Shown piece by piece: positions 37,802 to 46,986 of a stretch of DNA of 64,000 bases. The position numbers were made by a program, and so were the translations under genes. The notes under the pieces are model-generated. The model was not told where the DNA came from and searched no databases. It saw only the letters and a list, made by a program, of their open reading frames with translations. Origin of the DNA: Thermoplasmata archaeon (GTDB taxonomy: Archaea > Thermoplasmatota > Thermoplasmata > Thermoplasmatales > Thermoplasmataceae); the NCBI GenBank assembly GCA_021785735.1, contig JAJYEP010000001.1, positions 29 through 64,028 of the forward strand, written 5' to 3'. Numbering within the stretch: position 1 is the stretch's first letter; each line of letters begins with the position of its first letter.

Positions 37802-38509
37802 ATGGCGAAAATAGGTCTTACATGGCACGGTCATGCGTGCTTTAGCATTGATATGGGTACAAAGATCATAGTGGATCCTTTCCTCAACGGAAATCCTTTT
37901 GCTGATATCAAACCGTCAGATGTGAAAGCCGATGTGGTTGTGGTAACGCATGCCCATTCCGATCATCTGGGCGATGCAATAGAGATTTGCAAAGCCAACT
38001 CTGCAGAACTTGTTACAATGGTGGAACTTGCTTGGGCACTTTCAGAAAAGAACGACTGGCTGAAGGCTCATGACATAAATATAAGTGGTTCCACAAAGGT
38101 CAAGGGAATAAAGATCAGTGCGGTACCAGCATATCACAGTTCCAGCTATAATGGCGCCTATGCAGGCCCACCGATGGGCGTCGTAATCGGAAACAATTTC
38201 AGGATCTATCATGCAGGTGATACTGGAATTGTCAAAGATATGGAGGTTGTGGGTGATTTCTACAAGCCACAGGTATCCCTTTTGCCCATAGGCGGGCACT
38301 ATACCATGGGACCCGAGGAGGCTGCATACGCCACTGGGATGATACGGTCAAAATATACGATCCCAATGCACTACAACACATTTGATCTGATCAAGGCAGA
38401 CCCCATGCTTTTCAGCAGATTAGTGAAGGAACGTGGATCATCCGAAGTTATAGTTGCACAGGTGGGAAAGGAGATAACTTTTGACGAATCAGGAAAGAGG
38501 CTGGAATAA
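37802..38509 (+). CDS. Metal-dependent hydrolase, metallo-beta-lactamase fold (UPF0173 family)
   Basis: Start set at MAKIGLTWHGHACF. The THAHSDHLGD motif (H-x-H-x-D-H) is present. The ORF-track N-terminal extension (37739) covers the upstream hairpin and is not credible. Confidence 0.8.
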   Translation: MAKIGLTWHGHACFSIDMGTKIIVDPFLNGNPFADIKPSDVKADVVVVTHAHSDHLGDAIEICKANSAELVTMVELAWALSEKNDWLKAHDINISGSTKVKGIKISAVPAYHSSSYNGAYAGPPMGVVIGNNFRIYHAGDTGIVKDMEVVGDFYKPQVSLLPIGGHYTMGPEEAAYATGMIRSKYTIPMHYNTFDLIKADPMLFSRLVKERGSSEVIVAQVGKEITFDESGKRLE

Positions 38510-39110
38510 ATTCCTTTCTGATTTCGAGCTTGATCCTTCAATATATTTTGAGGCAAGAGAGTCTTTTGCGCCTGTCAGGTTGCATGTTGAAAAATTGGTT
38601 TCCGGTAAGGATTACTGGCAGGTTTCACCCGATGAGCTGAATTATATCTTCTCAGCAACCAAACTCCTCAGGCCTGGGAGGGTTGTCGAGACAGGCGTTG
38701 GTCCAGGAACCACCAGCTACGCCTTTCTAAGTGCATTGAGCGATTTTGACGGAAAGCTTTACAGTTTCGACCTTGGTATCAGATACGGGGAGTCGGATCA
38801 CATGCCTGTTGGCTTTGTGGTGCCGCAGGAGATGAGATCGGAATGGACACTTACAATTGGAGACAGCAGGGAGACGCTAGTGCCCGCACTGAGGAAAATA
38901 TCTCCCATAGACATATTTTTTCACGATTCTGATCATACTTATGATCACGTCATGTTCGAACTGACCAACGCGGACAGATACCTGAAGAAACGCGGGCTTA
39001 TAATGGTGGACAATTATGACTGGTCAAAGGCACCAAAGGACTTCGCAAATGAAAATGGATATGACCTGGTGCCGATTATAGATGATCTGGCATTTCTCTA
39101 TAAATCATGA
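38481..39110 (+). CDS. Class I SAM-dependent methyltransferase (O-methyltransferase/CmcI-like)
   Basis: 209 aa. Motif I VVETGVGPGTTS and a downstream acidic loop FFHDSDHTYDHV are present. The specific substrate is unknown. Confidence 0.62.
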   Translation: MTNQERGWNKFLSDFELDPSIYFEARESFAPVRLHVEKLVSGKDYWQVSPDELNYIFSATKLLRPGRVVETGVGPGTTSYAFLSALSDFDGKLYSFDLGIRYGESDHMPVGFVVPQEMRSEWTLTIGDSRETLVPALRKISPIDIFFHDSDHTYDHVMFELTNADRYLKKRGLIMVDNYDWSKAPKDFANENGYDLVPIIDDLAFLYKS

Positions 39111-40436
39111 TCCGTCAGGTTTTGCATCGAACACATCATCAATATCATCTTTGGATGAAGGATCTCCATCGGGACTCTCATCCTGGGGACCATCAAAGGG
39201 CGAGAATCTCGCCTGCTTTCCCATACCGGTTCCCCTGAATGATTCAAGGCTCTCATCCTCCAGTATGTACTGCTTGATTCTCCCGTTATTTTCAGGTACC
39301 TGGATCAACCTCGTCCTTCCATGCCTCCCCATGCTCTTTATCTTCGTTATGATAAGACCATTATCATCAAGATCAGAGACTATATCGCTCACTCTCCTTG
39401 AGGTGAGCGGTACAAAACCAAGTTCACTGCATATGTTTCTGTAATTCTCATATATTTCACCGCTGAACATAGGTCGTTTATCCATTTCCTGAGTCACAAC
39501 GGTGCTCAAAAGAACAATTTTTGAGTGAAGTGGAAGACCGTTCACGGATTCCTTGAGAAGGTCGGTCTCGAGTTTTTCCCTTGCCTTGTTCACTTCGGCC
39601 TCCGTAACCTTGTCCAGATTTTCTCTTATGGCAATATCTATCGATATGCGCATCAGATCAAGAGCCTTTCTGGCGTCACCGTGCTCCTGAGCACCTATGG
39701 CAGCACAAAGATTGATTGCAGAGTCCTCAAGAGCCTGATCCTTTACGATACCCTGTGTCCTGAACTTCAGGATATCTCTCAATTGTGAAGCATTATAAGG
39801 ATTGAAGATCACATTCTCCTGGCCAAGCCTGCTGGAAACTCTGGAATCGAGGTCCTGAACGAAGTTGGTATTGTTTGTGATCCCTATAATCGATACATAG
39901 GGGGAGGGAGAGTCTTCGCATATTTTCAGGATTACATACAGGGAATCCCCGCCATTTTTTTCGGTGAGTTTATCAATCTCATCAAGGATAATTATTACGT
40001 TTTTATTCATCAGCTTCAGTCTTTTCAGAAGTTCTGAATAGATTCTGTCCAGAGGCCAACCCAGTGGCGGTATCTGCTCACCTTCCGCCTGCAGTGACTG
40101 CACAATTGATACAAGAATTGAATAGGGGCTGTCAAAAATCTGACAGTTAATGTATGCGACGCAGTTTTTGTCTCCGCTGGCTTCCAGTAACATCGATGTA
40201 ACGTATCTTGCAGTTGATGTTTTTCCTGTTCCGGTTTTTCCGTAAAGCATTATGTTTGATGGTCTTGTTCCCCGCATCAAACTTCCAAGCAGGGAAGTCA
40301 ACTGTTCAATCTCTTTCTCCCTGTGGGGGAGATTTCCAGGAACGAATGAAATGCCGAGTGAGGCCAGATCGCCAATCAGTATGGGATTATCTTTCTTTAA
40401 ATTCAAAAACGGATTAGCCATCAGATCAGAATTCAT
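39105..40436 (-). CDS. cdc6: ORC1-type DNA replication protein (Orc1/Cdc6)
   Basis: 443 aa. LPHREKEIEQL, Walker A GKTGTGKTS, Walker B IIILDEID and a C-terminal winged helix (GRHGRTRLIQV) are present. An acidic tail of about 50 aa is extra. Confidence 0.9.
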   Translation of the reverse strand: MNSDLMANPFLNLKKDNPILIGDLASLGISFVPGNLPHREKEIEQLTSLLGSLMRGTRPSNIMLYGKTGTGKTSTARYVTSMLLEASGDKNCVAYINCQIFDSPYSILVSIVQSLQAEGEQIPPLGWPLDRIYSELLKRLKLMNKNVIIILDEIDKLTEKNGGDSLYVILKICEDSPSPYVSIIGITNNTNFVQDLDSRVSSRLGQENVIFNPYNASQLRDILKFRTQGIVKDQALEDSAINLCAAIGAQEHGDARKALDLMRISIDIAIRENLDKVTEAEVNKAREKLETDLLKESVNGLPLHSKIVLLSTVVTQEMDKRPMFSGEIYENYRNICSELGFVPLTSRRVSDIVSDLDDNGLIITKIKSMGRHGRTRLIQVPENNGRIKQYILEDESLESFRGTGMGKQARFSPFDGPQDESPDGDPSSKDDIDDVFDAKPDGS

Positions 40437-40500
40437 GGAAAGGTATAATGTGAATAAAGGTTTTGAATCATTAAATGGAATTTTGTTAATTTAAAACCTA

Positions 40501-41781
40501 TTATTTAAAGGGCTGCGCGTTTGACTTCTCAAATTTTTTTATTATGCCCACTAAATACATGGAACCTGCCACCAGTATATGATCGTAGTTTCTCTTGGCG
40601 TATTCGATCGCCTCATACGGATCCTGTATTACACGTTTTTCCCGGAATATATTACCGGAGATTTCAGAAAGCATTTCCGGCTTTGCGGCTCTATCCGGTT
40701 CGTCAGGAGTGGTAAAAATTACCCGGTCGCTGATCGGCCTGATAGCGCGCAGAAATGAAAAAATATCCTTATCAGCCATCATTCCAATAACCAGCACAGG
40801 TTTCTCCTTGAATATCCTCATGTAGTTGTACGTCAAAGTGTCGGCAGCGGGGGGATTATGTGCGCTGTCCACCATTATGAAGGGTGACTTTGAAATGATC
40901 TCCATTCTTCCCGGCCATCTGGTGTTGAAGATACCTTTTTCTATAGCAGTCCTGCCGGGATTAAGGTCATCAGACTGCTCGAGCGCAAGGACTGCGTTGC
41001 TGATATTCTCTATCTGGAATTCACCCACAAGGTCTGTATGAATGCTGTACGAATCTTTGCTTGTGGTGAGATCGAACGAGATACCTTCCTCGGACTCCTG
41101 GACATTTTTGACGGAGCACTCCTTGATTCTAAGCAAAAGCTTGCTGTCCCTGACGTCAGATATTTTTTTTATCTCCTTTATGACTGCACTTTTTGTGTCG
41201 CCCAGAACGACAGGCCTCCCTTTTTTTATTATTCCGCCCTTTTCCCAGGCAATAGATTCCAGTGAGCATCCAAGCTTGTCAGCATGCTCATAACCAATAG
41301 TGGTTATAACACTCACTTCCGGTGTTATGATATTTGTCGAATCGAGCCTCCCTCCAAGGCCGACTTCAATGGATGCTACACGATCCTTGCGGCTCTGGAA
41401 ATAGGAGAAGGCTAGCAGGGTTGTGGTCTCAAAAAATGTGGGATTCCTCAATGATACGCGTAATTTTTCTATCAAACCTCTGTTGGAGGCTATGAATTTT
41501 TCTATGTATTCATTGGGTATCATAGTCCTTCCAGACACTATCCGTTCGTTGAAGTCAATGAGATGTGGTGATGTATAAAGTCCGGTTTCTGCTCTCTCCT
41601 GCAGTGCATTGTATATGAAAGCAGATGTAGACCCCTTTCCATTGGTTCCTGCAATATGGAAAGATTTGAAAGAATCCTGTGGATTATCGAGATTCTTCGC
41701 AAAATCACGCACAACAGCAAGATCTAATTTTACGCCTTCCCGCTTGAGATTGTAAAGAAAATCGAGATCCACTGTGGACAT
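40501..41781 (-). CDS. folC: Folylpolyglutamate synthase/dihydrofolate synthase family (Mur ligase fold)
   Basis: 426 aa. The P-loop HIAGTNGKGSTS, then TSPHL, ...GLGGRLD and DSAHNP, match FolC. Confidence 0.8.
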   Translation of the reverse strand: MSTVDLDFLYNLKREGVKLDLAVVRDFAKNLDNPQDSFKSFHIAGTNGKGSTSAFIYNALQERAETGLYTSPHLIDFNERIVSGRTMIPNEYIEKFIASNRGLIEKLRVSLRNPTFFETTTLLAFSYFQSRKDRVASIEVGLGGRLDSTNIITPEVSVITTIGYEHADKLGCSLESIAWEKGGIIKKGRPVVLGDTKSAVIKEIKKISDVRDSKLLLRIKECSVKNVQESEEGISFDLTTSKDSYSIHTDLVGEFQIENISNAVLALEQSDDLNPGRTAIEKGIFNTRWPGRMEIISKSPFIMVDSAHNPPAADTLTYNYMRIFKEKPVLVIGMMADKDIFSFLRAIRPISDRVIFTTPDEPDRAAKPEMLSEISGNIFREKRVIQDPYEAIEYAKRNYDHILVAGSMYLVGIIKKFEKSNAQPFK

Positions 41782-41975
41782 CGGAAGGAGATATTCGGCT
41801 CTTAATTATATCTTACGTATTTTGCTGCGATACCAAGAGAATGGTACCAGCCATAGACCACTCGTTCACACTTTCTTCCTGAGAAATATTCTATGTTATT
41901 ACAATGCTTTTAGATGAAGCGTGATTTTCTGGCTTGTTAAAAAAATAATAAATAACAGGAGCATTTCCTGTACGC

Positions 41976-42698
41976 ATGGCTACAGAAGCGCTCTATCTTT
42001 CCAATCCCTATTTGAAAGAGGCTGAAGGAAAGGTCGTTATGGTTGAGTTCACCGATCTGGTTGTAGACAAGTCAGTATTCTTTCCCACTGGTGAGGGGCA
42101 GCCAAACGACAAGGGAGAGGTTGAAATTGATGGGAAAAAGTTTACAATAGTCGATACCTGGAAGGATGGTCTCTGGGTCCATCTCATGTCACTTGACACA
42201 TATCCTCAGGGCATTGCCGGGAAGACAGTTAAGCAAAGGATAGACTGGGACATCCGTTACGGTCACATGAAGTTCCGGACTGCGTTATACATTTTAAGCG
42301 GACTTGCATTTAAAAAATACAATGCAACCGTTAGAATAAACCAGACTTATGAGGATTACGCATGGATTGACATCATGGTGGACAACCTGACCGAGGAAAT
42401 GGTGAAGGAATTTGAGTCCGAGGCGAACAGGATTATAAACGAAGGTATCGATATACAGTATTCTTTCGTCACAAGGGAACAGTTTTCCAAGGACAATGCT
42501 CTGATGTCATTCGTCAGAAATAAGATTCCGGACTATGATTCAATAAAGGTTGCAAAAATTGGGGATTTACCGCCAATGCCTGACCTTGGCACTCAGGTCA
42601 GGAATACGAAAGAGGTTGGGGGATTAAAGATTAAAACCACGCTCGTGAAGGGAAAGATCAGCAACAGGCTCACAATAAATCTCGCCACAACTTCTTGA
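41976..42698 (+). CDS. AlaX-M-like (alanyl-tRNA editing domain) protein lacking the canonical zinc ligands
   Basis: 240 aa. It is collinear with the AlaRS N2/editing region: FFPTGEGQPND (compare FYPEGGGQPTD in alaS), RIDWDIRYGHMKFRTALYIL (compare HHSATHLL), and PDLGTQVRNTKEVG (compare CGGTHLSSTYEIG). Confidence 0.78.
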   Translation: MATEALYLSNPYLKEAEGKVVMVEFTDLVVDKSVFFPTGEGQPNDKGEVEIDGKKFTIVDTWKDGLWVHLMSLDTYPQGIAGKTVKQRIDWDIRYGHMKFRTALYILSGLAFKKYNATVRINQTYEDYAWIDIMVDNLTEEMVKEFESEANRIINEGIDIQYSFVTREQFSKDNALMSFVRNKIPDYDSIKVAKIGDLPPMPDLGTQVRNTKEVGGLKIKTTLVKGKISNRLTINLATTS

Positions 42699-42782
42699 AA
42701 AAACAAACATCAAACTGAATTATTGTAAATACGAAAGTCGATGACCTAAACAAATTAATCCATTGATTGCATTAGCGGATGA

Positions 42783-43895
42783 ATGTCCGTAAGGGATTCC
42801 TTGGCAGAACTTTCCGAGTTCGTAGGATGGATTGGAATTTCGTCTGCCATCTTCATATTCCTGGTATTTCTACCTCAGATTTTATCCAATGCTGGAAGTT
42901 CTGTATCATACATCGAACTTATCACGTCAGCGGGATATGGTCTCTCCTTTCTGTTCTTTGTAATTCTCCTGTTTATCGGCGCGGTAGTTCCTTTCATTTC
43001 AATTTTGTACATGATCAGACCGGGGAGTGATCCCGCATCCAGAGAATCATTGAGAAAAGGCAGAGGAGACTTTTTCATATTCTTTTCAATGGTGGTCCTG
43101 ATCGACCTTGCCATCTCTTTTATTCTGACGGCAATTTATCCATCACTCAGTACACCGGACCCATTTATTACAAGCAATCCTGTTTATCTGGGGCTCGTTG
43201 ACTATTATTTTAACTGGTTTGCCCTGGAATTTCTGACGCTTGAGATAGTACCTCTGATTCTGGTTACAATTGTAGCACTCTGGTCGATCAAGAAGCTTTC
43301 CATCAGGGCAGTATTTAAACCAAACCTTTCAAAGGGATCGCTACTGCTAGGGATACTCCTGCCTGCATGGGTTTTATCCAATTTTCTAATATTCTTTTCA
43401 CTCGGTTATTCTGCAGATTATATGGCAGATTTCATATCTGTATCAATAACAGTTCTGCTTGTTATGATCATTTATCTCAGATTTGGACTTAATGAAGCCT
43501 TTCTGGTATCTTATGGGCTGAACGTCCTGACTACGGTATCTGATGTAGTCGCAGTTCACGGAAGTGTGGTCAACAATCTTATTGGCATAAGCATAACAAC
43601 TCTTATACTCCTCTGGGCAACAGTCGGATTCCTTGGGCTTGGTTACAGCATATTCAAATACAGCCAGGACACAGCGAAACGCAGGGAGGCAAGCGGGAAC
43701 AAATCAAAGTCAAAACTTCCTGAAATCACCGAAAGGGATCTCTGGATACGAACATCCTGCCCCAGTTGTGGAGGAACCACGTTCAAGGTCCAGGATGACT
43801 TCAGTCTTGTCTGCAACAACTGTAAAACAGTGGTGGACAGCAACTACGAGGGTCCGATGAACATCAAGGTTGAGTTCAGAAGGAATCTGCGCTGA
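42783..43895 (+). CDS. Polytopic membrane protein with C-terminal zinc ribbon
   Basis: 370 aa. About 8 TM helices, then a cytoplasmic tail with CPSCGG-x15-CNNC. No family recognised. Confidence 0.55.
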   Translation: MSVRDSLAELSEFVGWIGISSAIFIFLVFLPQILSNAGSSVSYIELITSAGYGLSFLFFVILLFIGAVVPFISILYMIRPGSDPASRESLRKGRGDFFIFFSMVVLIDLAISFILTAIYPSLSTPDPFITSNPVYLGLVDYYFNWFALEFLTLEIVPLILVTIVALWSIKKLSIRAVFKPNLSKGSLLLGILLPAWVLSNFLIFFSLGYSADYMADFISVSITVLLVMIIYLRFGLNEAFLVSYGLNVLTTVSDVVAVHGSVVNNLIGISITTLILLWATVGFLGLGYSIFKYSQDTAKRREASGNKSKSKLPEITERDLWIRTSCPSCGGTTFKVQDDFSLVCNNCKTVVDSNYEGPMNIKVEFRRNLR

Positions 43896-43933
43896 TAGGT
43901 GAAAAACTTTTCTTCATTATAAAATCTTATCAC

Positions 43934-45085
43934 TTATCTGTCGCCAGAGAATACATTATCCTCCGTCAATTTTTCATTTGTTCTTGGTTTGTATGAGAAC
44001 CATATAGAGTAAATTATCGGTAGGCTAAATATTATCAAAACGGAATAGAAATTTCCAATCTGAAACAGAAACCCCCCCACGACGGATCCGATTATGAAAC
44101 CGAGTGCAAACAGACCCTCATAATAGAAGATACCCATCTCCGGTGATGAGGTACCTGAAGTGTATGATAAAACCCTCCCGAATGCAAGACCATTACCCAC
44201 CGAAGCCAACGCAGATACTCCTATAATGAACCAGTCTGAGTTGTACGCCGATAGAAGCAATGGAGCTGCAAGTAGAAGCGAAGAGATGGTTACGGTTCTT
44301 TTGATGCTCTTTAATGGTCTGGTGCTTATGACTGCAAAAACTATTGCAAGGACCATGGGAGGTACGAATGATGCAATACCTATCTCAATATATTGCAATC
44401 CCGAAACCCTGAGGTATGGAATCATTACATAATAGAAGAATCCGGAAAAAACACCCGCGAATAGCATTGGAAGCACCATTTTGAATTTCGGTGCTCCCGA
44501 TTCTTTGCGCTTCACAAACTTTCTCTCAGAAGGAATAAACAGCAAACCTGTGACGAATGCGACAGAAGCTATGATGTAAATGGGCCCGAAGCCCAAGTAT
44601 TCCACTATGATCCCAGCTGCAAGGGGAACCAAGAAGTTGGGTATGCCCCAGGCAGTTGAGTATTTCTCTGAAACGACCGGATCGTCGACATAACCCAGGG
44701 ATATCTCTACCGTGACCCAGAACACTGCCTGAAGTATGTCTGTGATGCTAACGAGTACGATGAAAAGTATGGAACTATGGATAAAAAAGAATAGCGAGAG
44801 GATTGACAGGCCTACCACTGATAATGTTATCCTGTTCCTGAAACCCAGGATTGTATATTTTGTGTAGAGATACGCTAAAATTATAAGTGGAACGGAAAAA
44901 AATATTCCAAGTAGTCCAATTTCCGTGTATGTGTAGTTATACCGGAGCGCAAGAAGTGGAAAAGCAAAACTTATACTGAACCAACCCACGGAAAACAGCG
45001 TGCTCAAAGCCATAAGTTTGAAATTCTTGTCCTTGAGAATGGCATCTATTCTGAACACAGGTTCACAACTTGAATCTAATGGCAC
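43934..45085 (-). CDS. MFS-type transporter
   Basis: 383 aa with about 11-12 hydrophobic helices and small cytoplasmic loops. The call is generic. Confidence 0.65.
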   Translation of the reverse strand: MPLDSSCEPVFRIDAILKDKNFKLMALSTLFSVGWFSISFAFPLLALRYNYTYTEIGLLGIFFSVPLIILAYLYTKYTILGFRNRITLSVVGLSILSLFFFIHSSILFIVLVSITDILQAVFWVTVEISLGYVDDPVVSEKYSTAWGIPNFLVPLAAGIIVEYLGFGPIYIIASVAFVTGLLFIPSERKFVKRKESGAPKFKMVLPMLFAGVFSGFFYYVMIPYLRVSGLQYIEIGIASFVPPMVLAIVFAVISTRPLKSIKRTVTISSLLLAAPLLLSAYNSDWFIIGVSALASVGNGLAFGRVLSYTSGTSSPEMGIFYYEGLFALGFIIGSVVGGFLFQIGNFYSVLIIFSLPIIYSIWFSYKPRTNEKLTEDNVFSGDR

Positions 45086-45121
45086 ATCTCACAATAATCC
45101 CTGTTAAGCGTCTCCTCTGGA

Positions 45122-45283
45122 TCAGCTCAATTTGTCAATCTTTATGCCATCGTCGTCGAGAAATGCAATAATGTCGTCTGGAGACAGATTAAGTCTCTGG
45201 ATAATTTTCTTTGGAAGTGTAATCCTGTAAGATGATCCTTTGGAGGACACATGCGCGACATCGATAATCTGCCTCTTCGTCAT
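45122..45283 (-). CDS. AbrB/SpoVT (MazE-like) swapped-hairpin DNA-binding protein, 53 aa
   Basis: Not in the ORF track (below 60 aa). My translation is MTKRQIIDVAHVSSKGSSYRITLPKKIIQRLNLSPDDIIAFLDDDGIKIDKLS. The core Y-R-I-T-L-P-K-x-I-x-x-x-L-x-L-x-x-x-D-x-I-x-F fits the SpoVT/AbrB consensus. ATG start, TGA stop, 36 nt upstream of the MFS gene on the same strand. Confidence 0.6.
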   Translation of the reverse strand: MTKRQIIDVAHVSSKGSSYRITLPKKIIQRLNLSPDDIIAFLDDDGIKIDKLS

Positions 45284-45501
45284 AATTGATATAATGACGA
45301 TTTAGGATAAATACATTGTCCCATACCTATTGTATTTTGCCGGACTTTAAGAGGCCAGATGCAATGAATGGGCACAAATAATTCTGACATGATAGCTTAA
45401 GAAAGAGCGACCCATCATATTTACGCTTAATGACAGGAATTCACGAAACAGCAAACGAAGCATTTCTTTTTTATAGCGGCTAAGATTACAGGTAGGAGAA
45501 A

Positions 45502-46020
45502 ATGGTAACAAAACCGGCAAGAATGTATACTAAAATCAGCGGACCTGCATATACCCGCAGGGAGTTTATGGGTGGAGTTCCTTATCCTAAAATTACCACG
45601 TTCATTCAGGGAAACCAGAAGAAGAACTTTGACGTTGAAATGGAGTTGATAGCCAAGGAATCGTGTCAGATCAGACACACTGCACTCGAGGCTGCAAGGG
45701 TCTCAGTTAACAGAAAACTTGCGGAACTTGTAGGTGTTGAAAATTTCTTTCTTCAGATAAGACCATATCCTCATCACGTGCTGAGAGAACACAAAATGGC
45801 CACTGGAGCAGGCGCAGACAGAATATCTAGTGGAATGAGCATGGCGTTCGGCAGACCAGTGGGAACAGCAGCAAGGGTCAGTGCAAATGATATTATCATG
45901 GTAGCGAGAATAAATATGCCGCAAGCCAGAACTCTCAAAGAGATTCTGCATAAAGCATCATTCAAGCTTCCGACTCCATGTTACATTAAGATAACAAAGC
46001 CTGAATCTGCACAGATTTAG
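45502..46020 (+). CDS. rpl10e: 50S ribosomal protein L10e (uL16)
   Basis: 172 aa. N-terminus KPARMYTKISGPAYTRREFMGGVP matches L10e. A TATA-like TTTTTTATAG lies about 30 nt upstream and GGAG lies 8 nt upstream of the ATG. Confidence 0.92.
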   Translation: MVTKPARMYTKISGPAYTRREFMGGVPYPKITTFIQGNQKKNFDVEMELIAKESCQIRHTALEAARVSVNRKLAELVGVENFFLQIRPYPHHVLREHKMATGAGADRISSGMSMAFGRPVGTAARVSANDIIMVARINMPQARTLKEILHKASFKLPTPCYIKITKPESAQI

Positions 46021-46120
46021 GCAGACCATTCATTCAGACATTTTAAAATAAGCTATTTTATCTCTTTTGTTCTCTCGAGGTATTAAATTTCATGAAAACA
46101 GAGGATGGTTCCTAAACTTT

Positions 46121-46924
46121 TCAGTAAATATTTGCGTTCGATTCTCGGCTTCCTACAAAATCCTGAATCAGTTTTGCGGCAAGCATGGACGTGTTTCCAT
46201 TATCATAAAGAGGTGTCATCTCGACAATATCAAAGCCTAATGTGGATTTCGCAAATTTGTTTATCAGCCTTTTCACATCTGTATCTTTTAGTCCATACGG
46301 TTCTGGAGTCCCAACGCCAGGGGCATAGGCTGGATCAATGCCGTCCATATCTATAGAGAAATATATTTTATCGGATACAACACTCTTAAGATCATCTATT
46401 ATACTGTCAATGCCTTTTTTCCTGACGTCCGATGAAAATACGAATCTGACTTCGTTAAATCTGCCGGATTCATATTCCTCTCTAGAAACTGATCTTGTAC
46501 CGATGGAAACAATTCTGTTCTTTCCGAGTATATCTAACGATCTACGGGTTACGCAGGCATGATTTAGGGGATTTCCCATATAACCATCTCTGAAATCTGA
46601 ATGCGCATCTATGATGACCATCGTGCATTCACGAAAGTTTCGGACTGAACCCACGGTTAAAGAATGTTCACCGCCTAACATAATGGGTATTTTTTCATCT
46701 TTCTTTATAATTGAAACTATAGTTTCAACAGTATCAACATTTTCCTGCACATCCTCTCCCACTGTGACATCGCCAAGATCGCAGATTTTCAAATCAGGAA
46801 AATTGATGTTATAAAAGGGATCAAAGGACTCCAGATTATCATACGCCTTTCTGATGCTATTTGGTGCTAATCTGGAACCTCTGCGGTAGCTAGAGGTCCC
46901 GTCAAATGGAACACCGAAGATCAC
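46121..46924 (-). CDS. speB: Agmatinase (arginase/ureohydrolase family)
   Basis: 267 aa from GTG. GVPFDGTSSYRRGSRLAP, LGGEHS, IDAHSD and SIDMDGIDPAYAPG are the Mn-binding motifs of the family. It lies downstream of aIF5A, a conserved archaeal pairing. The start is problematic (see findings). Confidence 0.85.
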   Translation of the reverse strand: MIFGVPFDGTSSYRRGSRLAPNSIRKAYDNLESFDPFYNINFPDLKICDLGDVTVGEDVQENVDTVETIVSIIKKDEKIPIMLGGEHSLTVGSVRNFRECTMVIIDAHSDFRDGYMGNPLNHACVTRRSLDILGKNRIVSIGTRSVSREEYESGRFNEVRFVFSSDVRKKGIDSIIDDLKSVVSDKIYFSIDMDGIDPAYAPGVGTPEPYGLKDTDVKRLINKFAKSTLGFDIVEMTPLYDNGNTSMLAAKLIQDFVGSRESNANIY

Positions 46925-46986
46925 GTACTTTGATTCGCCGTAGGTAGAGGCAGCATCGGCTATTTTTAGATGGGAAAAGAAACCGT

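Noticed and set aside
40437-40500. A possible replication origin next to orc1/cdc6.
   Set aside because: The upstream spacer is only 64 bp with no repeated ORB-like elements. The downstream end overlaps a convergent gene. Nothing origin-like is visible at this locus.
45284-45501. Possible C/D-box sRNA in the spacer upstream of rpl10e (ATGATGG ... CTGG on the minus strand). A similar ATGAATGA/CTGA combination occurs at 29880-30030.
   Set aside because: The boxes are imperfect, with no clean RUGAUGA plus CUGA pair at the right 50-70-nt spacing. There are no terminal complementary ends and no convincing C'/D' boxes. The evidence is not sufficient to call.
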